From NCBI RefSeq assembly GCF_046592595.1, contig NZ_JAWVPF010000002.1:430985-494984 (forward strand): a stretch of 64,000 nt of DNA, in the 5' to 3' direction. Origin of the DNA: Terribacillus saccharophilus. GTDB lineage: Bacteria; Bacillota; Bacilli; Bacillales; Amphibacillaceae. A program made the translations under genes and the position numbers. Every line of letters starts with the position of its first letter. Within the stretch, counting starts at the first letter, position 1. The notes under the pieces were generated by a model. That model ran no database searches. It was not told where the DNA came from and saw only the letters and a program-made list of their open reading frames with translations. Positions 21,639 through 33,185 of the stretch are shown one piece after another.

Positions 21639-24041
21639 CTACATGAGCGAATACGGCTGTAAATCAACGTGTATTTGCAAATCTTCTTTTTTCCGGGCAT
21701 CTTCGTAGTGATGGAGGATTCTCCTGATCACATCCCGAAGGTTCGGTTCGTTTTTGTATTTTACCATGCACTGGAAGCGATATCTATCTTTGATCCGCGC
21801 CAGTGGTGATGGGGTAGGTCCTAGAATCCGGACCTGATCGGACAGGTGCTTCTGGAGCAGCTGTACAATCGTCTGGGTTGTTTGCATCGCTTTTACCTGG
21901 TTCTGGTGACTGATTGTCAATAGCGCGAGATAATAATACGGCGGATATTGAAAGGCTCTGCGTGTTTGCATTTCCGTCTGGAAAAATGGCCGGTAATCCC
22001 CTGACGCTGCAAGTTCAACACTATAATGCTCCGGTGAGTACGTCTGGATGATGACCTCACCAGGCAGACTATGCCGCCCAGCTCGTCCGCTCACCTGTGT
22101 GAGCAGCTGGAATGTCTTCTCTGCTGCACGGAAATCCGGCAAGTGCAGCATCGAGTCTGCCGCCAGGACACCGACAAGCGTCACTCTTTCAAAATCCAGA
22201 CCTTTGGCAATCATCTGGGTACCGAGCAGAATGTCAGCTTCGCCTCTGCCAAATGCGCCAAGCAGCTTTTCATGCGAACCCTTGCGCCTGGTTGTGTCGA
22301 CATCCATTCGAATCACACGGGCCTCAGGCAGCAGCTGCGTGAGTGCTTCTTCCACTTTTTGCGTACCTGTACCAAAGTAGCGTATTGTATCACTTTCACA
22401 TGCAGGGCAGATGGAAGGCATCTGCTCTTCATAGCCGCAATAATGGCATTTGAGCTGTTCACTGCTTCTATGGTATGTGAGTGTGATATCGCAATGCGGA
22501 CATTCCACTGTATGACCGCAGTCGCGGCACATTACAAATGTGCTGTAGCCGCGACGGTTAAGGAAGAGGACGATCTGTTCCTTCCGGCGTATGCGTTCTT
22601 TCATCTGTTCGAGCAATTCGCGGGCAAAGATCGACCGATTGCCGGCATGCAGCTCATCCCGCATATCGATGATTTGATAATCTGGCATTGATGCCTGATT
22701 CACACGCTCCGGCAGCTCCAGCATATGGTAAACGCCTTTTTCCGCTCTCGCATACGATTCGAGCGAAGGGGTAGCACTGCCAAGCACCACTGGAGCATGA
22801 TGATATTTACCACGGAAAACAGCAATATCCCGGGCATGATATTTTGGATGATCTTCCTGTTTGTAACTTGTTTCATGCTCTTCGTCGATGATGATGATTC
22901 CTAAATTTTCAAAAGGGGCAAAAATCGCAGATCTGGCGCCCACGGCCACCTTCACTTGCTTGCGCTGTATCTTTCGCCATTCATCGTACTTCTCACCTGC
23001 AGATAAAGCACTGTGCAGCACAGCAACATCAGAGCCGAATCTTCCTTTGAATCGGTTGACTGTCTGCGGAGTAAGTGCGATTTCAGGAACCAATACAATT
23101 GCTTCCTGCCCTTTTTCCAGCACCTGCTGGATTGCTTGCAAATACACTTCCGTCTTTCCGCTTCCTGTGACCCCATGAAGAAGGAATACTTCATGTGTGT
23201 CAGAATGGATGCTCTCCAATACCGGTTCGAGTGCATTCGCCTGTGAATCAGATAGCTGCAGTGGTTGTGTACGCTCAATTTGTTTATTTTCATAAGGATC
23301 CCGCAATACTTCTTTGTCATAGGAATGCAGCAAGCCTGCATCCAACAGGGGCTTAAGAGTAGAAGCGGTTGTCTGATACATTTCCAGCAATTGTTTCTGA
23401 GCAATCTGACCCGGCTCTTCAATGAAATGCTCAAGCAGTGCTTTTTGTTTCATAGCACGGGCGTTGACATTAGCTAACGCCTCTTGAAGTTCTTCAACAG
23501 GCTTGTCTGCATCTATCATACGAATTGTTTTCTTCGTTTCCTTGGAGTTTACTTGGTAGCGCAGTTCGACTTGACCTGCTTTGATCGCCTGCTGCAGTAC
23601 TGTCAGCGGTATACCGCTCTGTTCGAATTGCTCATATATGCTCGTGTCGTCTTCCAGAAATAATGGTCGCAAGGCTTCTGGTATGTTTCCAGTTCGGACA
23701 AGCAGTTTCTTGTATGTCGCCTTCATCGCTTGCGGCAGCATCGCCTGGAGGGCGGTGATATGGAAGCTTAATGTCTGCTCTCCCATCCACACTCCTAAAT
23801 CAAGCAATTCAGGAGTCAGTGCCGGAAGCAAATCCATCGTTTCCTGTATTTCCTTCAGCTTGTCCACTTCAGCCGAATTGCCAATCTCCAGGACGAAACC
23901 CATGATGCGGCGATTTCCGAATGGGACGATGACACGCATCCCCGGCTGGAGCACGTTGATCAGGTGTTCAGGAATCAGATAATCATACACGCGGTCGGTC
24001 TGACTGGCCGGGACGTCGACAACAACCTTCGCGATGTTCAT
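21639..24041 (-). CDS. priA: Primosomal protein N' (PriA helicase).
   Basis: 800 aa with helicase motifs GVTGSGKT and DEEH, and a Cys4 zinc-binding region. Confidence 0.9.
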   Translation of the reverse strand: MNIAKVVVDVPASQTDRVYDYLIPEHLINVLQPGMRVIVPFGNRRIMGFVLEIGNSAEVDKLKEIQETMDLLPALTPELLDLGVWMGEQTLSFHITALQAMLPQAMKATYKKLLVRTGNIPEALRPLFLEDDTSIYEQFEQSGIPLTVLQQAIKAGQVELRYQVNSKETKKTIRMIDADKPVEELQEALANVNARAMKQKALLEHFIEEPGQIAQKQLLEMYQTTASTLKPLLDAGLLHSYDKEVLRDPYENKQIERTQPLQLSDSQANALEPVLESIHSDTHEVFLLHGVTGSGKTEVYLQAIQQVLEKGQEAIVLVPEIALTPQTVNRFKGRFGSDVAVLHSALSAGEKYDEWRKIQRKQVKVAVGARSAIFAPFENLGIIIIDEEHETSYKQEDHPKYHARDIAVFRGKYHHAPVVLGSATPSLESYARAEKGVYHMLELPERVNQASMPDYQIIDMRDELHAGNRSIFARELLEQMKERIRRKEQIVLFLNRRGYSTFVMCRDCGHTVECPHCDITLTYHRSSEQLKCHYCGYEEQMPSICPACESDTIRYFGTGTQKVEEALTQLLPEARVIRMDVDTTRRKGSHEKLLGAFGRGEADILLGTQMIAKGLDFERVTLVGVLAADSMLHLPDFRAAEKTFQLLTQVSGRAGRHSLPGEVIIQTYSPEHYSVELAASGDYRPFFQTEMQTRRAFQYPPYYYLALLTISHQNQVKAMQTTQTIVQLLQKHLSDQVRILGPTPSPLARIKDRYRFQCMVKYKNEPNLRDVIRRILHHYEDARKKEDLQIHVDLQPYSLM

Positions 24042-25246
24042 TTTCTGCGAGCCTCCATATCTTCTGCGATCTCATTTAGAATCCGGCAGGCAATGTGTTT
24101 CTTCGTATCAGTAGGCAGATGCTGTTCCTTACCTTCTCTATTTAAATAAATCACTTCATTGCTGTCAGATTGAAAGCCTGTGCCCTCTTTCCCGACTGTA
24201 TTCACGCAAATGGCATCTAAATGCTTGCGCTCGAGCTTTCCTTTACCATACATGACGGCATCATTAGTCTCGGCAGCAAAGCCGACAAGGAATTGATGCT
24301 GCTTGCGCTGTCCGAGCGTCAGGAGGATATCCGTTGTCCGTTCCATTTCAATGGACATATTCCCATCCTGTTTTTTCACCTTGGAATCGAATGTTTGTAC
24401 CGGCCGGTAATCAGCCACAGCTGCAGCTTTGATGACGATATCCTGTTCATCGTATACTGCCAGTACCTCTTCGAGCATTTCATGGGCGCTTGTAATATCC
24501 ATCCGTTTTACGCCAGCAGGTGCAGGTAACTGTGTCGGTCCGCTCACAAGCGTCACATCAGCGCCGCGTTTAGCAGCAGCTTCCGCAAGAGCGTAACCCA
24601 TCTTACCCGAGGAATGATTTGTAAAGAAGCGGACCGGATCAATCGTTTCCTGTGTCGGTCCAGCTGTCACTAGCACCTTTTTACCTTCCAGATCACGCTT
24701 GGGCTCTGTTCTTTCTTCCAGGATTCGGATAATGGATTCCGGTTCCTCCAGTCTGCCCTTTCCGACATATCCACAAGCAAGATACCCTGCTTCTGGTTCG
24801 ATAAAGTTGTAGCCCCAGTCATCAAGCTGCTGCATATTTCGGATCACTGCAGGATGCGCGTACATATGAACGTTCATAGCCGGCGCAATGTAAACTGGTG
24901 CCTCTGTTGCAAGCAATGTCGTTGTCAGCATATCGTCTGCCATACCAGCTGCAAGTTTTCCTATCAGGTTAGCTGTTGCCGGCGCAAGCAGAAATAAGTC
25001 TGCTTTGTCCGCTAAATCTATATGAGCAATTTTCTCCGGGTGTTTTTCGTCAAAGGTATCGGTATATACCGGGTTGCGGGATAAAGCCTGGAACGTGAGC
25101 GGTGTCACGAATTCTGCTGCATGCTTGGTCATGATCACATGCACATCTGCACCCTTCTGTGTCAGTTTGCTTGTCAATGCACATGCCTTGTATGCAGCGA
25201 TGCCTCCGGAAACTCCCAGACAAATAGTCTTTCCAGCTAAATTCAT
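24038..25246 (-). CDS. coaBC: Bifunctional phosphopantothenoylcysteine decarboxylase/synthetase.
   Basis: Flavoprotein N-domain GVSGGIAAYK and a C-terminal DFP domain. The start is at MNLAGK with a strong RBS GGAGGGGGAAG. Confidence 0.85.
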   Translation of the reverse strand: MNLAGKTICLGVSGGIAAYKACALTSKLTQKGADVHVIMTKHAAEFVTPLTFQALSRNPVYTDTFDEKHPEKIAHIDLADKADLFLLAPATANLIGKLAAGMADDMLTTTLLATEAPVYIAPAMNVHMYAHPAVIRNMQQLDDWGYNFIEPEAGYLACGYVGKGRLEEPESIIRILEERTEPKRDLEGKKVLVTAGPTQETIDPVRFFTNHSSGKMGYALAEAAAKRGADVTLVSGPTQLPAPAGVKRMDITSAHEMLEEVLAVYDEQDIVIKAAAVADYRPVQTFDSKVKKQDGNMSIEMERTTDILLTLGQRKQHQFLVGFAAETNDAVMYGKGKLERKHLDAICVNTVGKEGTGFQSDSNEVIYLNREGKEQHLPTDTKKHIACRILNEIAEDMEARRK

Positions 25247-25345
25247 TTCACTTCCCCCTCCTGATGCACAATAAGAAAGAAACCCCCGCTTGGTGTTCAC
25301 CATCGCGAGGGCATCTCCATCGGATGCACCTGGCATCCTCACCGT

Positions 25346-25543
25346 TTATTCTTCTGTGTATTCCAATTGGTCAGCTTGAATTTCTTCCAGCGCGATACCA
25401 ACATATTTATGCGATTTCGGGTTTGCAATCTTCGTTGTCTTTGTTTCCTGAAGCTGACGTGCACGCTGGGAAGACAACGTAACCAATGTGTATTTAGAAT
25501 TGATTTTTTCCTGTAGTTTATCAATAGACGGTTCTAGCATCAT
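25346..25543 (-). CDS. rpoZ: RNA polymerase omega subunit.
   Basis: MMLEPSIDKLQEKINSKYTLVTLSSQRARQL aligns to B. subtilis RpoZ. RBS GGAGGT is 8 nt upstream. Confidence 0.85.
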   Translation of the reverse strand: MMLEPSIDKLQEKINSKYTLVTLSSQRARQLQETKTTKIANPKSHKYVGIALEEIQADQLEYTEE

Positions 25544-25544
25544 A

Positions 25545-26434
<890 letters not shown>

Positions 26435-26610
26435 CTTGCTTCTCCCTTCTTGCTGTACTGCTCTTTTGACTGGCGTTCCAAACTCTTATAATGTCATTAG
26501 GATTCCCTCTACCGCTCTGCTTCATAGAAGGGTCTTTTACTCATTATACCTTTATCATCAAATAAACCATATCTTATTCATTATAAATATATCTTATTCC
26601 AAACTCAACA

Positions 26611-27489
26611 CTATTCTATATTTTGCACTTGCTCTTTTATCTTCTCCAGCTCCGATTTCAGACTGACTACGATTATACTGATAGAGGAAGCTGTGGATTT
26701 GGAACCGATCGTATTCACTTCCCGCTGCATCTCCTGCAATATGAAATCACAAGTTCTGCCGACAGGTCCTTCCTTTTTCAGGTTCATAGCAAGCTGATCC
26801 AAGTGACTCTCCAATCGGATGAGTTCTTCTGTTATATCACCTTTTTCAGCCAGCAGCGCTATTTCCTGGTACAGACGGCTGTTTTCCGGCAAACTGCCGG
26901 CAACATAGCTGTTTATCCTATCCTCGATGCGCCGCTTGTATGCTTCCATCACCTGAGGCCTGAGCTCCGTCAATTGCTCCAGCATCGCTTGGATGTCAGT
27001 CATCCTGTTTTGAATATCCCTGGTCAAAGCACTTCCTTCCGCAACTCGCATTTGTATGAATGCTGCTAATGCGCCTTGCACTGCCTTTTCCACCAAGCCT
27101 GGCAGCTCTGTCAGCTCTGGCTGTGCTTCTTCCATGAGTATATCGGCAGATTGGGAGAGTAATGTATCAATCGTTATATCCCCGCGAAGATCAAAGGCGG
27201 TGCGTATAGCTTTCAGCTTAACCATATATTCCTCAGCTAATTCCCAATCAATGGATAATTCGCGTTTTCGCAAAGCACTGCCATCAATATCCACTGTCAG
27301 TTCCAGCTTACCCCGGCTTACAGAGTGCTGCAGCTGCTCCTTCACAGCCGATTCAAGAAAGGAAGCCGCTTTGGGCAGCTTGCATTTGATATCCAAGTAC
27401 CTGGAATTGACACCCTTCAATTCCGCTGTGACCGTAAGACTGTTACCGGATGCTGCATCTCTGCCATACCCTGTCATGCTTTTCGCCAA
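26611..27489 (-). CDS. yloC: YicC-family stress-induced protein YloC (endoribonuclease).
   Basis: MAKSMTGYGRDA N-terminus typical of YicC/YloC. Synteny. Confidence 0.8.
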   Translation of the reverse strand: MAKSMTGYGRDAASGNSLTVTAELKGVNSRYLDIKCKLPKAASFLESAVKEQLQHSVSRGKLELTVDIDGSALRKRELSIDWELAEEYMVKLKAIRTAFDLRGDITIDTLLSQSADILMEEAQPELTELPGLVEKAVQGALAAFIQMRVAEGSALTRDIQNRMTDIQAMLEQLTELRPQVMEAYKRRIEDRINSYVAGSLPENSRLYQEIALLAEKGDITEELIRLESHLDQLAMNLKKEGPVGRTCDFILQEMQREVNTIGSKSTASSISIIVVSLKSELEKIKEQVQNIE

Positions 27490-27570
27490 GCTAATCCCTC
27501 CGGCTTTTTAGTAGTCACAGTGTATCAGAATAAAGGCTGTTTGTCCTGTCATAAGAACGCAGGAACAGAA

Positions 27571-27606
27571 GAAGCATGCTGCCTGTGTTGCTAGTCAGCA
27601 TGCTTC
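27571..27606 (-). terminator. Probable terminator after yloB.
   Basis: Hairpin GAAGCATGCTG...CAGCATGCTTC followed by a U-rich tract on the - strand. Confidence 0.5.
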
Positions 27607-27610
27607 TCCT

Positions 27611-30268
27611 CTATTTCTTTATAAAACCGAACAAGACGGTAGGAACCGCACTAAGTGCCAAAATCAGCAACCAGTCCCGCATAATCAAATCTGTTGTGTG
27701 GAAGATCGGCTGCAGCGGACTCACGTAGATAACAGCAAGCAATAGAACCACAGAGGAGACGACAGCTCCGATAAGCCAGCCGTTCCCGAAAGGATTGCGG
27801 GCAAATACCGATTTTTCACTGCGGCAGTCAAATACATGGATCAGCTGTGCCATGACCAATGTAGCAAACGCTGTTGTCTGCGCATAAACAAGTCTTTCCG
27901 GATCTCCTTGGTACATCAGCATGAAAGCAATGATCGTCACAGATCCAATCAAAATACCACGTGTTACGATTTTCGTTCCAAGTCCTCTGGCAAAAATTCC
28001 TTCATCCGGATGACGCGGTTTCTGCTTCATTACTTCATCCTCTGCCTTGTCCATCCCGAGGGCAATGGCTGGCAGACCATCCGTCACTAAGTTCACCCAT
28101 AATATTTGGATAGGTACTAGCGGCATCGGCAATGCCAGAATCATGGCAAACAGCATCACCAGGATTTCCCCTACATTGGAAGCAAGCAAGTAGCGCACAA
28201 ACTTTCTTATGTTGGAGTAAATCGTCCGCCCTTCCTTGATGGCAGCTTTGATAGTAGCAAAGTTATCGTCCATTAAGACAAGCGCACTTGCTTCCTTGGC
28301 AACATCCGTCCCTGTGACACCCATGCTGATGCCTATATCGCTCGCTTTGATTGCCGGGGCATCATTGACGCCATCACCGGTCATTGCCACGATATGGCCG
28401 ACATGCTGCAGAGCTTGGACAATTCTGAGTTTGTGCTCGGGAGTCACACGCGCAAACACATACATACTATCCACTTCTGCCTGCAGTTCTTCATCTGACA
28501 TATGATCCAATTCCTTGCCTTCCACCACTCTGCCGGCTGGGGGCAGAATATGCAGCATATTCGCAATGGCAGCGGCCGTTTTCACATGATCACCTGTAAT
28601 CATGACCGTCTTGATGCCAGCTTTACGGCAGTCGATAATTGCATCTCTCGCTTCTTTACGCGGCGGGTCGATCAATCCGTTCAAGCCGATGAATACCATT
28701 TCTTTCTCCAGCTCTTCTTCTTTCGGCTGATATCCAGCTGGGAAATGACGGACGCAAACAGCAATCGTCCGCAGCGCTTTTGCAGCCATTTGATCTACTG
28801 CTTCATATAATGCTTGCTTATCTTTGCCGGAAAGCAGGTTTTTCTCTGCTCCATGATACGCAGCTTTTTCTATTAAAACGTCTGGTGCTCCCTTTGTGAT
28901 CGCAACCAGTTTTCCGTCAGGTGTTTTGACCAATACCGTCATCCGTTTCCGTTTGCTGTCAAAAGGTATTTCATGCACGATACTGTAGCTATTTAGATCA
29001 TCCGCTTCAATTCCCGCTTTTTTACCAGCGACAACAAGCGCGCCCTCCGTCGGATCACCATCAATCATCCAGCGCTTCTTTTTTCGGAATGCCTTTGCAT
29101 GGCTGGACAGCACACCATAACGAAGAAACTGATGCAGTGCTTCTTCTTTTGTTTCTTTTCCGTCCCGGTAAAATCCACCCGATGGATCGTACCCATCGCC
29201 CGTTACTGTATACGTGTTACCTTCGAGGAAAATCTCTTTGACCGTCATTTGATTTTCTGTAAGCGTCCCTGTTTTATCTGAACAGATGACTGTAGCTGAG
29301 CCAAGTGTCTCTACAGCAGACAATCGTCTGACGATAGCCTTCTGTTTGATCATACGCTGCACACCAAGCGAAAGAGCGACTGTCACGATGGCAGGAAGTC
29401 CTTCCGGTATGACAGCTACCGCCAGTGATACACCTGCAAGCAGCATCTCATACAACGGATTGCCCCTATAAACCCCTGCTAGTACTGTTAAGGCGGTGAG
29501 AAGCAGGGCTATGACGATAAGTACTTTTCCGAGCTTCTCCAGCCTTCGTTCAAGCGGCGTCTGTTTCCGTTTTGTATCTACAAGTAGCTCAGCGATTTGC
29601 CCGACTGCTGTATTCATACCGGTTCCGATGACGATTCCGGTCCCGCTGCCTCGTGTCACAAGAGAACTCATGAATGCGATATTTTGCTGATCCTGGGGCC
29701 CTAGCTGATCTGCATTCAATTTTTCGGTCACTTTGGCAACCGGCAGTGATTCCCCAGTAAGTGCCGATTCCTCTGTTTCCAGACTCGTGACATTAACCAA
29801 TCGCAGATCGGCAGGCACCCGGTCACCCGCAGTCAATGATACGATATCGCCAACGACCAGTTCGGCTGATGAAATCCTCGTCCATTGCCCATCCCGCAGC
29901 ACACGCGCCATCGGGGCATTCAATTCCTTCAGTTTGCTGAGAGATTTTTCCGCATTCCTTTCCTGAAAGAAGCCGATCAGCGCATTTAACAGAACGATCA
30001 GCAGTATGGCAATGCTATCAATATACTCGCCCAGCAATCCTGAGATGACCGTCGCTGCAAGCAGTACCAGTACCATGAAGTCTTTGAATTGGCCGAAGAA
30101 CAAGGCAAGCTGGGAGACGCCTTTCTCTTCCTTCCATTCATTCCTTCCATCCCGCTTCAGCCGTTGCTGTACATCCTTTGTGCTAAGTCCTTTATGTGTG
30201 TCGGAGTTTGTTTGTTTAGCTGTTTCCTCTGCTGAGATTTGATACCATCGCACATTGCATACCTCCAC
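27611..30268 (-). CDS. yloB: P-type Ca2+-transporting ATPase YloB.
   Basis: P-type ATPase motifs [17 protein letters not shown] and GDGVNDAPA, with 10 TM helices. Confidence 0.9.
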   Translation of the reverse strand: MEVCNVRWYQISAEETAKQTNSDTHKGLSTKDVQQRLKRDGRNEWKEEKGVSQLALFFGQFKDFMVLVLLAATVISGLLGEYIDSIAILLIVLLNALIGFFQERNAEKSLSKLKELNAPMARVLRDGQWTRISSAELVVGDIVSLTAGDRVPADLRLVNVTSLETEESALTGESLPVAKVTEKLNADQLGPQDQQNIAFMSSLVTRGSGTGIVIGTGMNTAVGQIAELLVDTKRKQTPLERRLEKLGKVLIVIALLLTALTVLAGVYRGNPLYEMLLAGVSLAVAVIPEGLPAIVTVALSLGVQRMIKQKAIVRRLSAVETLGSATVICSDKTGTLTENQMTVKEIFLEGNTYTVTGDGYDPSGGFYRDGKETKEEALHQFLRYGVLSSHAKAFRKKKRWMIDGDPTEGALVVAGKKAGIEADDLNSYSIVHEIPFDSKRKRMTVLVKTPDGKLVAITKGAPDVLIEKAAYHGAEKNLLSGKDKQALYEAVDQMAAKALRTIAVCVRHFPAGYQPKEEELEKEMVFIGLNGLIDPPRKEARDAIIDCRKAGIKTVMITGDHVKTAAAIANMLHILPPAGRVVEGKELDHMSDEELQAEVDSMYVFARVTPEHKLRIVQALQHVGHIVAMTGDGVNDAPAIKASDIGISMGVTGTDVAKEASALVLMDDNFATIKAAIKEGRTIYSNIRKFVRYLLASNVGEILVMLFAMILALPMPLVPIQILWVNLVTDGLPAIALGMDKAEDEVMKQKPRHPDEGIFARGLGTKIVTRGILIGSVTIIAFMLMYQGDPERLVYAQTTAFATLVMAQLIHVFDCRSEKSVFARNPFGNGWLIGAVVSSVVLLLAVIYVSPLQPIFHTTDLIMRDWLLILALSAVPTVLFGFIKK

Positions 30269-30341
30269 CCTTATTTCTAGAGTAAATATATGCGTGCTTG
30301 TCCGATAAAATGCTATACTAGCAGAGAATGAGGTGAATCAT

Positions 30342-32048
30342 ATGGCATTTGACGGAATAGTAACGAGAGCTATGGCCAAGGAGCTGCATGACACATTGGC
30401 AACAGGCCGTTTATCAAAAATATATCAGCCAACCGAAACAGAAATCGTGCTCACCTTCCGCAGTCAGGGGAAGAATCACGCTTTATTATTGTCGGCGCAT
30501 CCAAGCTATGCACGTGTGCATATTACAAACGATACGTATCAAAATCCGCAGAATCCTCCGATGTTCTGTATGCTTCTTCGCAAGCATCTGGCCGGCGGTT
30601 TCTTAGAAAAAGTGGAACAATTTGAAAATGAACGGATCATCCAGCTTAGTTTCGTAAGCAAAGACGAGCTCGGTGACCAGACATCCAAACGAATCATCAT
30701 GGAAGTGATGGGAAAACACAGCAACATCATGCTAGTCGATAATGAAACGGATATGATCATTGACAGCATCAAACATATTTCATCCAGTGTGAACCGGCAT
30801 CGGACAATCCTTCCGGGTCAAACGTACAAACTTCCTCCAAGTCAGGAGAAGCTCAACCCGTTTACTTTGGAAGCTGCAGAGTTTGCTCGGAAGCTTGACT
30901 TCAATACCGGCCGGATGAGTAAACAAATCTTGAATATGCTGCAGGGTGTATCACCTGTTTTGGCTAATGAAATAGCTGAGCAGGCCTATATGGGTGATAA
31001 AGAGAAATACGCCGAGGTTTTCACGCATTTCATTGATAAGCTGAAGCGCGATGACTATGAGCCTACTTACTTTAAAGGAAAGAAAGAAGACTTTTATGTC
31101 ATGGACATCGCTTCTATTGAAGGCACGCGGGAACAGTATAATTCGATGAGTGAACTAATCGATAGCTTCTACTCCGGAAAAGCAGAACGCGACCGCGTCA
31201 AGCAGCAGGCCGGCGACTTGATTCGCTTCCTGAAAAATGAGCGGGAAAAGAATATCCGGAAGCTATCCATCCATGAAAACACACTTAAAAAAGCCGAAAA
31301 AGCCGACAGCTATCAGCGACGCGGCGAGCTCCTTACTGCACATATGCATCAAATCAAGCAAGGTGATACAGAAGCTGTCGTCATAGACTACTATGATCCC
31401 GATCAGCAGCAGATCACCATTACACTCAACCCGCATAAAACACCGAGTGAAAATGCCCAAAGCTATTTCAAGCAATACAATAAGCTTAAGAAATCGCGCA
31501 CGATGGTGGAATTGGAGCTTGAAAAAACGAATGCAGAAATCGACTATCTTGATCAGCTCATCCAGCAAGTGGAAGGCGCCCGGGAGCAGGATGTCGAGGA
31601 AATTCGTGAAGAACTGCGGGAGCAAGGCTATCTAAAAGCAAAAGCACAGCAGAAAAAGAACAAAAAACCAAATCTGCCTGAGCCGGAAACATACACTGCC
31701 ACAGATGGCACAACGATCCTCGTCGGACATAATAATAAGCAAAACGAGTATTTGACGATGAAGCTTGCCCACAAGCAGGATACTTGGCTTCATACAAAGG
31801 ATATTCCAGGATCCCATGTCGTTATCCGTACGACCGAGCCATCCGAAGAAACTTTGGAAGAAGCAGCTAAACTCGCGGCCTGGTTCAGTAAATCCAGACT
31901 TTCATCTTCAGTACCCGTCGATTATACAAAGATTCGTCACGTGAAGAAGCCAAATGGTGCGAAGCCTGGGTTTGTGACGTATGATCAGCAGAAAACATTG
32001 TATGTGACGCCAGATGAGCAGTTTGTGAAACGTTTGGGGAAGAAATAA
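30342..32048 (+). CDS. rqcH: Ribosome quality control factor RqcH (YloA, FbpA/NEMF family).
   Basis: Collinear with B. subtilis YloA from MAFDGIV through the C-terminus (PMFCMLLRKHL...TKDIPGSHVVI...PNGAKPGFV). RBS GAGGTGA. Confidence 0.9.
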   Translation: MAFDGIVTRAMAKELHDTLATGRLSKIYQPTETEIVLTFRSQGKNHALLLSAHPSYARVHITNDTYQNPQNPPMFCMLLRKHLAGGFLEKVEQFENERIIQLSFVSKDELGDQTSKRIIMEVMGKHSNIMLVDNETDMIIDSIKHISSSVNRHRTILPGQTYKLPPSQEKLNPFTLEAAEFARKLDFNTGRMSKQILNMLQGVSPVLANEIAEQAYMGDKEKYAEVFTHFIDKLKRDDYEPTYFKGKKEDFYVMDIASIEGTREQYNSMSELIDSFYSGKAERDRVKQQAGDLIRFLKNEREKNIRKLSIHENTLKKAEKADSYQRRGELLTAHMHQIKQGDTEAVVIDYYDPDQQQITITLNPHKTPSENAQSYFKQYNKLKKSRTMVELELEKTNAEIDYLDQLIQQVEGAREQDVEEIREELREQGYLKAKAQQKKNKKPNLPEPETYTATDGTTILVGHNNKQNEYLTMKLAHKQDTWLHTKDIPGSHVVIRTTEPSEETLEEAAKLAAWFSKSRLSSSVPVDYTKIRHVKKPNGAKPGFVTYDQQKTLYVTPDEQFVKRLGKK

Positions 32049-32082
32049 GGAAGTGCGCTATCTCAGCGCACTTCCTTATTTT
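32049..32082. terminator. Bidirectional terminator between rqcH and the GNAT gene.
   Basis: GGAAGTGCGCT-atctc-AGCGCACTTCC then TTATTTT. It abuts both stop codons. Confidence 0.75.
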
Positions 32083-32573
32083 AGTATCTTATAATAAAAA
32101 TTGCCTGCAAGATATGTACCATATGCATCCTGGGCGAAATCCGGCACTTCTCCGAATAGTACATAACCTTCGGACTGATAAAGCCGATTGGCTGGTCCTT
32201 CTTTTTCGGTATCAAGTAAAAGTAAAGTTTTGCCGTCTTGCTTCGCTGCTTGCTCAGCATGCTGAAGCAGTTTTCTGGCGACGCCTTTCCTTCTGGCTAT
32301 TGTGCTGGTCATCAGTTTGGCTAGTTCTGCACGATGACGGCCATTTTCCTTATCGCTGTAGTGCAGCTGAACAGTCCCAGCAATTTGACCATCAATCAAC
32401 CCAATGAAAAGCCGAACATGTTCAGAGAGTACAGAATTCCAGTAACTCATTGCAGTCTCATCGCTCATCGGATGTAAATAGTTCATCGATGCGCCATCAG
32501 CGACTACTGTTTGAAATAAACTTGCTAGTTCTTCTTTATACGATTCAATATCTGTAACTTCCTTAATTTCCAC
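32076..32573 (-). CDS. GNAT-family N-acetyltransferase, 165 aa.
   Basis: Acetyl-CoA binding motif A in ...TIARRKGVARKLL.... GTG start with RBS GGGGGAG 5 nt upstream. It is not part of the B. subtilis synteny. Confidence 0.7.
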   Translation of the reverse strand: MEIKEVTDIESYKEELASLFQTVVADGASMNYLHPMSDETAMSYWNSVLSEHVRLFIGLIDGQIAGTVQLHYSDKENGRHRAELAKLMTSTIARRKGVARKLLQHAEQAAKQDGKTLLLLDTEKEGPANRLYQSEGYVLFGEVPDFAQDAYGTYLAGNFYYKILK

Positions 32574-33100
32574 GCTTACTCCCCCATACCCGACAAATAG
32601 TTTATTTATAAGTGTTCCTCTAATTGAGCTTCTACCCTTTTAAAGATAACGTATATGCCTTACGAAAACGAATGAAATGTTATATATCCTAACATACAAT
32701 CTTTCTCCGCTACTCTGCCTAAAGACGTTGAATATCTATCTATGAATATATGTAAAATATTAATCATATAGAGATTTCGTCACCTGGAGTAACCGTCGGT
32801 ACTATCGAACATTTCTTAGCAAGAAGTAGCAGCTGGAAAAGATGCTTTGTAAGAAAAACTGAACAGCAAACACGTTGTAAGAAAACTTAAAAACAGCCGT
32901 TTCAATCAAGATATTATGAAGCTTCCATAAAACGGCGGTAAAAAGAAGAAAATTCGTACTGTTGATTATTCAGGATCAAATGTCTTACGTTAATATCCTG
33001 AATGGAAAAGAACCCATTGTATTGCTAGCTTTGGAGAATATGACTGTTAAGGGGAAGAAACTGAAAGTTAGCATGGCAATTAAGTAATATTTCTATAGAA

Positions 33101-33141
33101 AATCCCCTCCTTGAAGATGAAGAAGGGGATTTTGTTTTTAC
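33101..33141. terminator. Intrinsic terminator downstream of the membrane-protein gene.
   Basis: AAAATCCCCTCC-ttgaagatgaaga-AGGGGATTTT then GTTTTT. It is symmetric and can terminate in either direction. Confidence 0.7.
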
Positions 33142-33185
33142 TTCTTTGTATCTATACAAACTTTCCAAATAACGTGTATTATTCG

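Noticed and set aside
32896-32936. Possible terminator GCCGTTT...AAACGGC.
   Set aside because: The stem is 7 bp with a 26-nt loop and an adjacent U-run on one side only. That is too weak to call.
33040-33087. 15-codon ORF MTVKGKKLKVSMAIK just before the terminator at 33101.
   Set aside because: Poor RBS spacing and no family resemblance. It is only mentioned as a possible leader peptide within the AT-rich tract.
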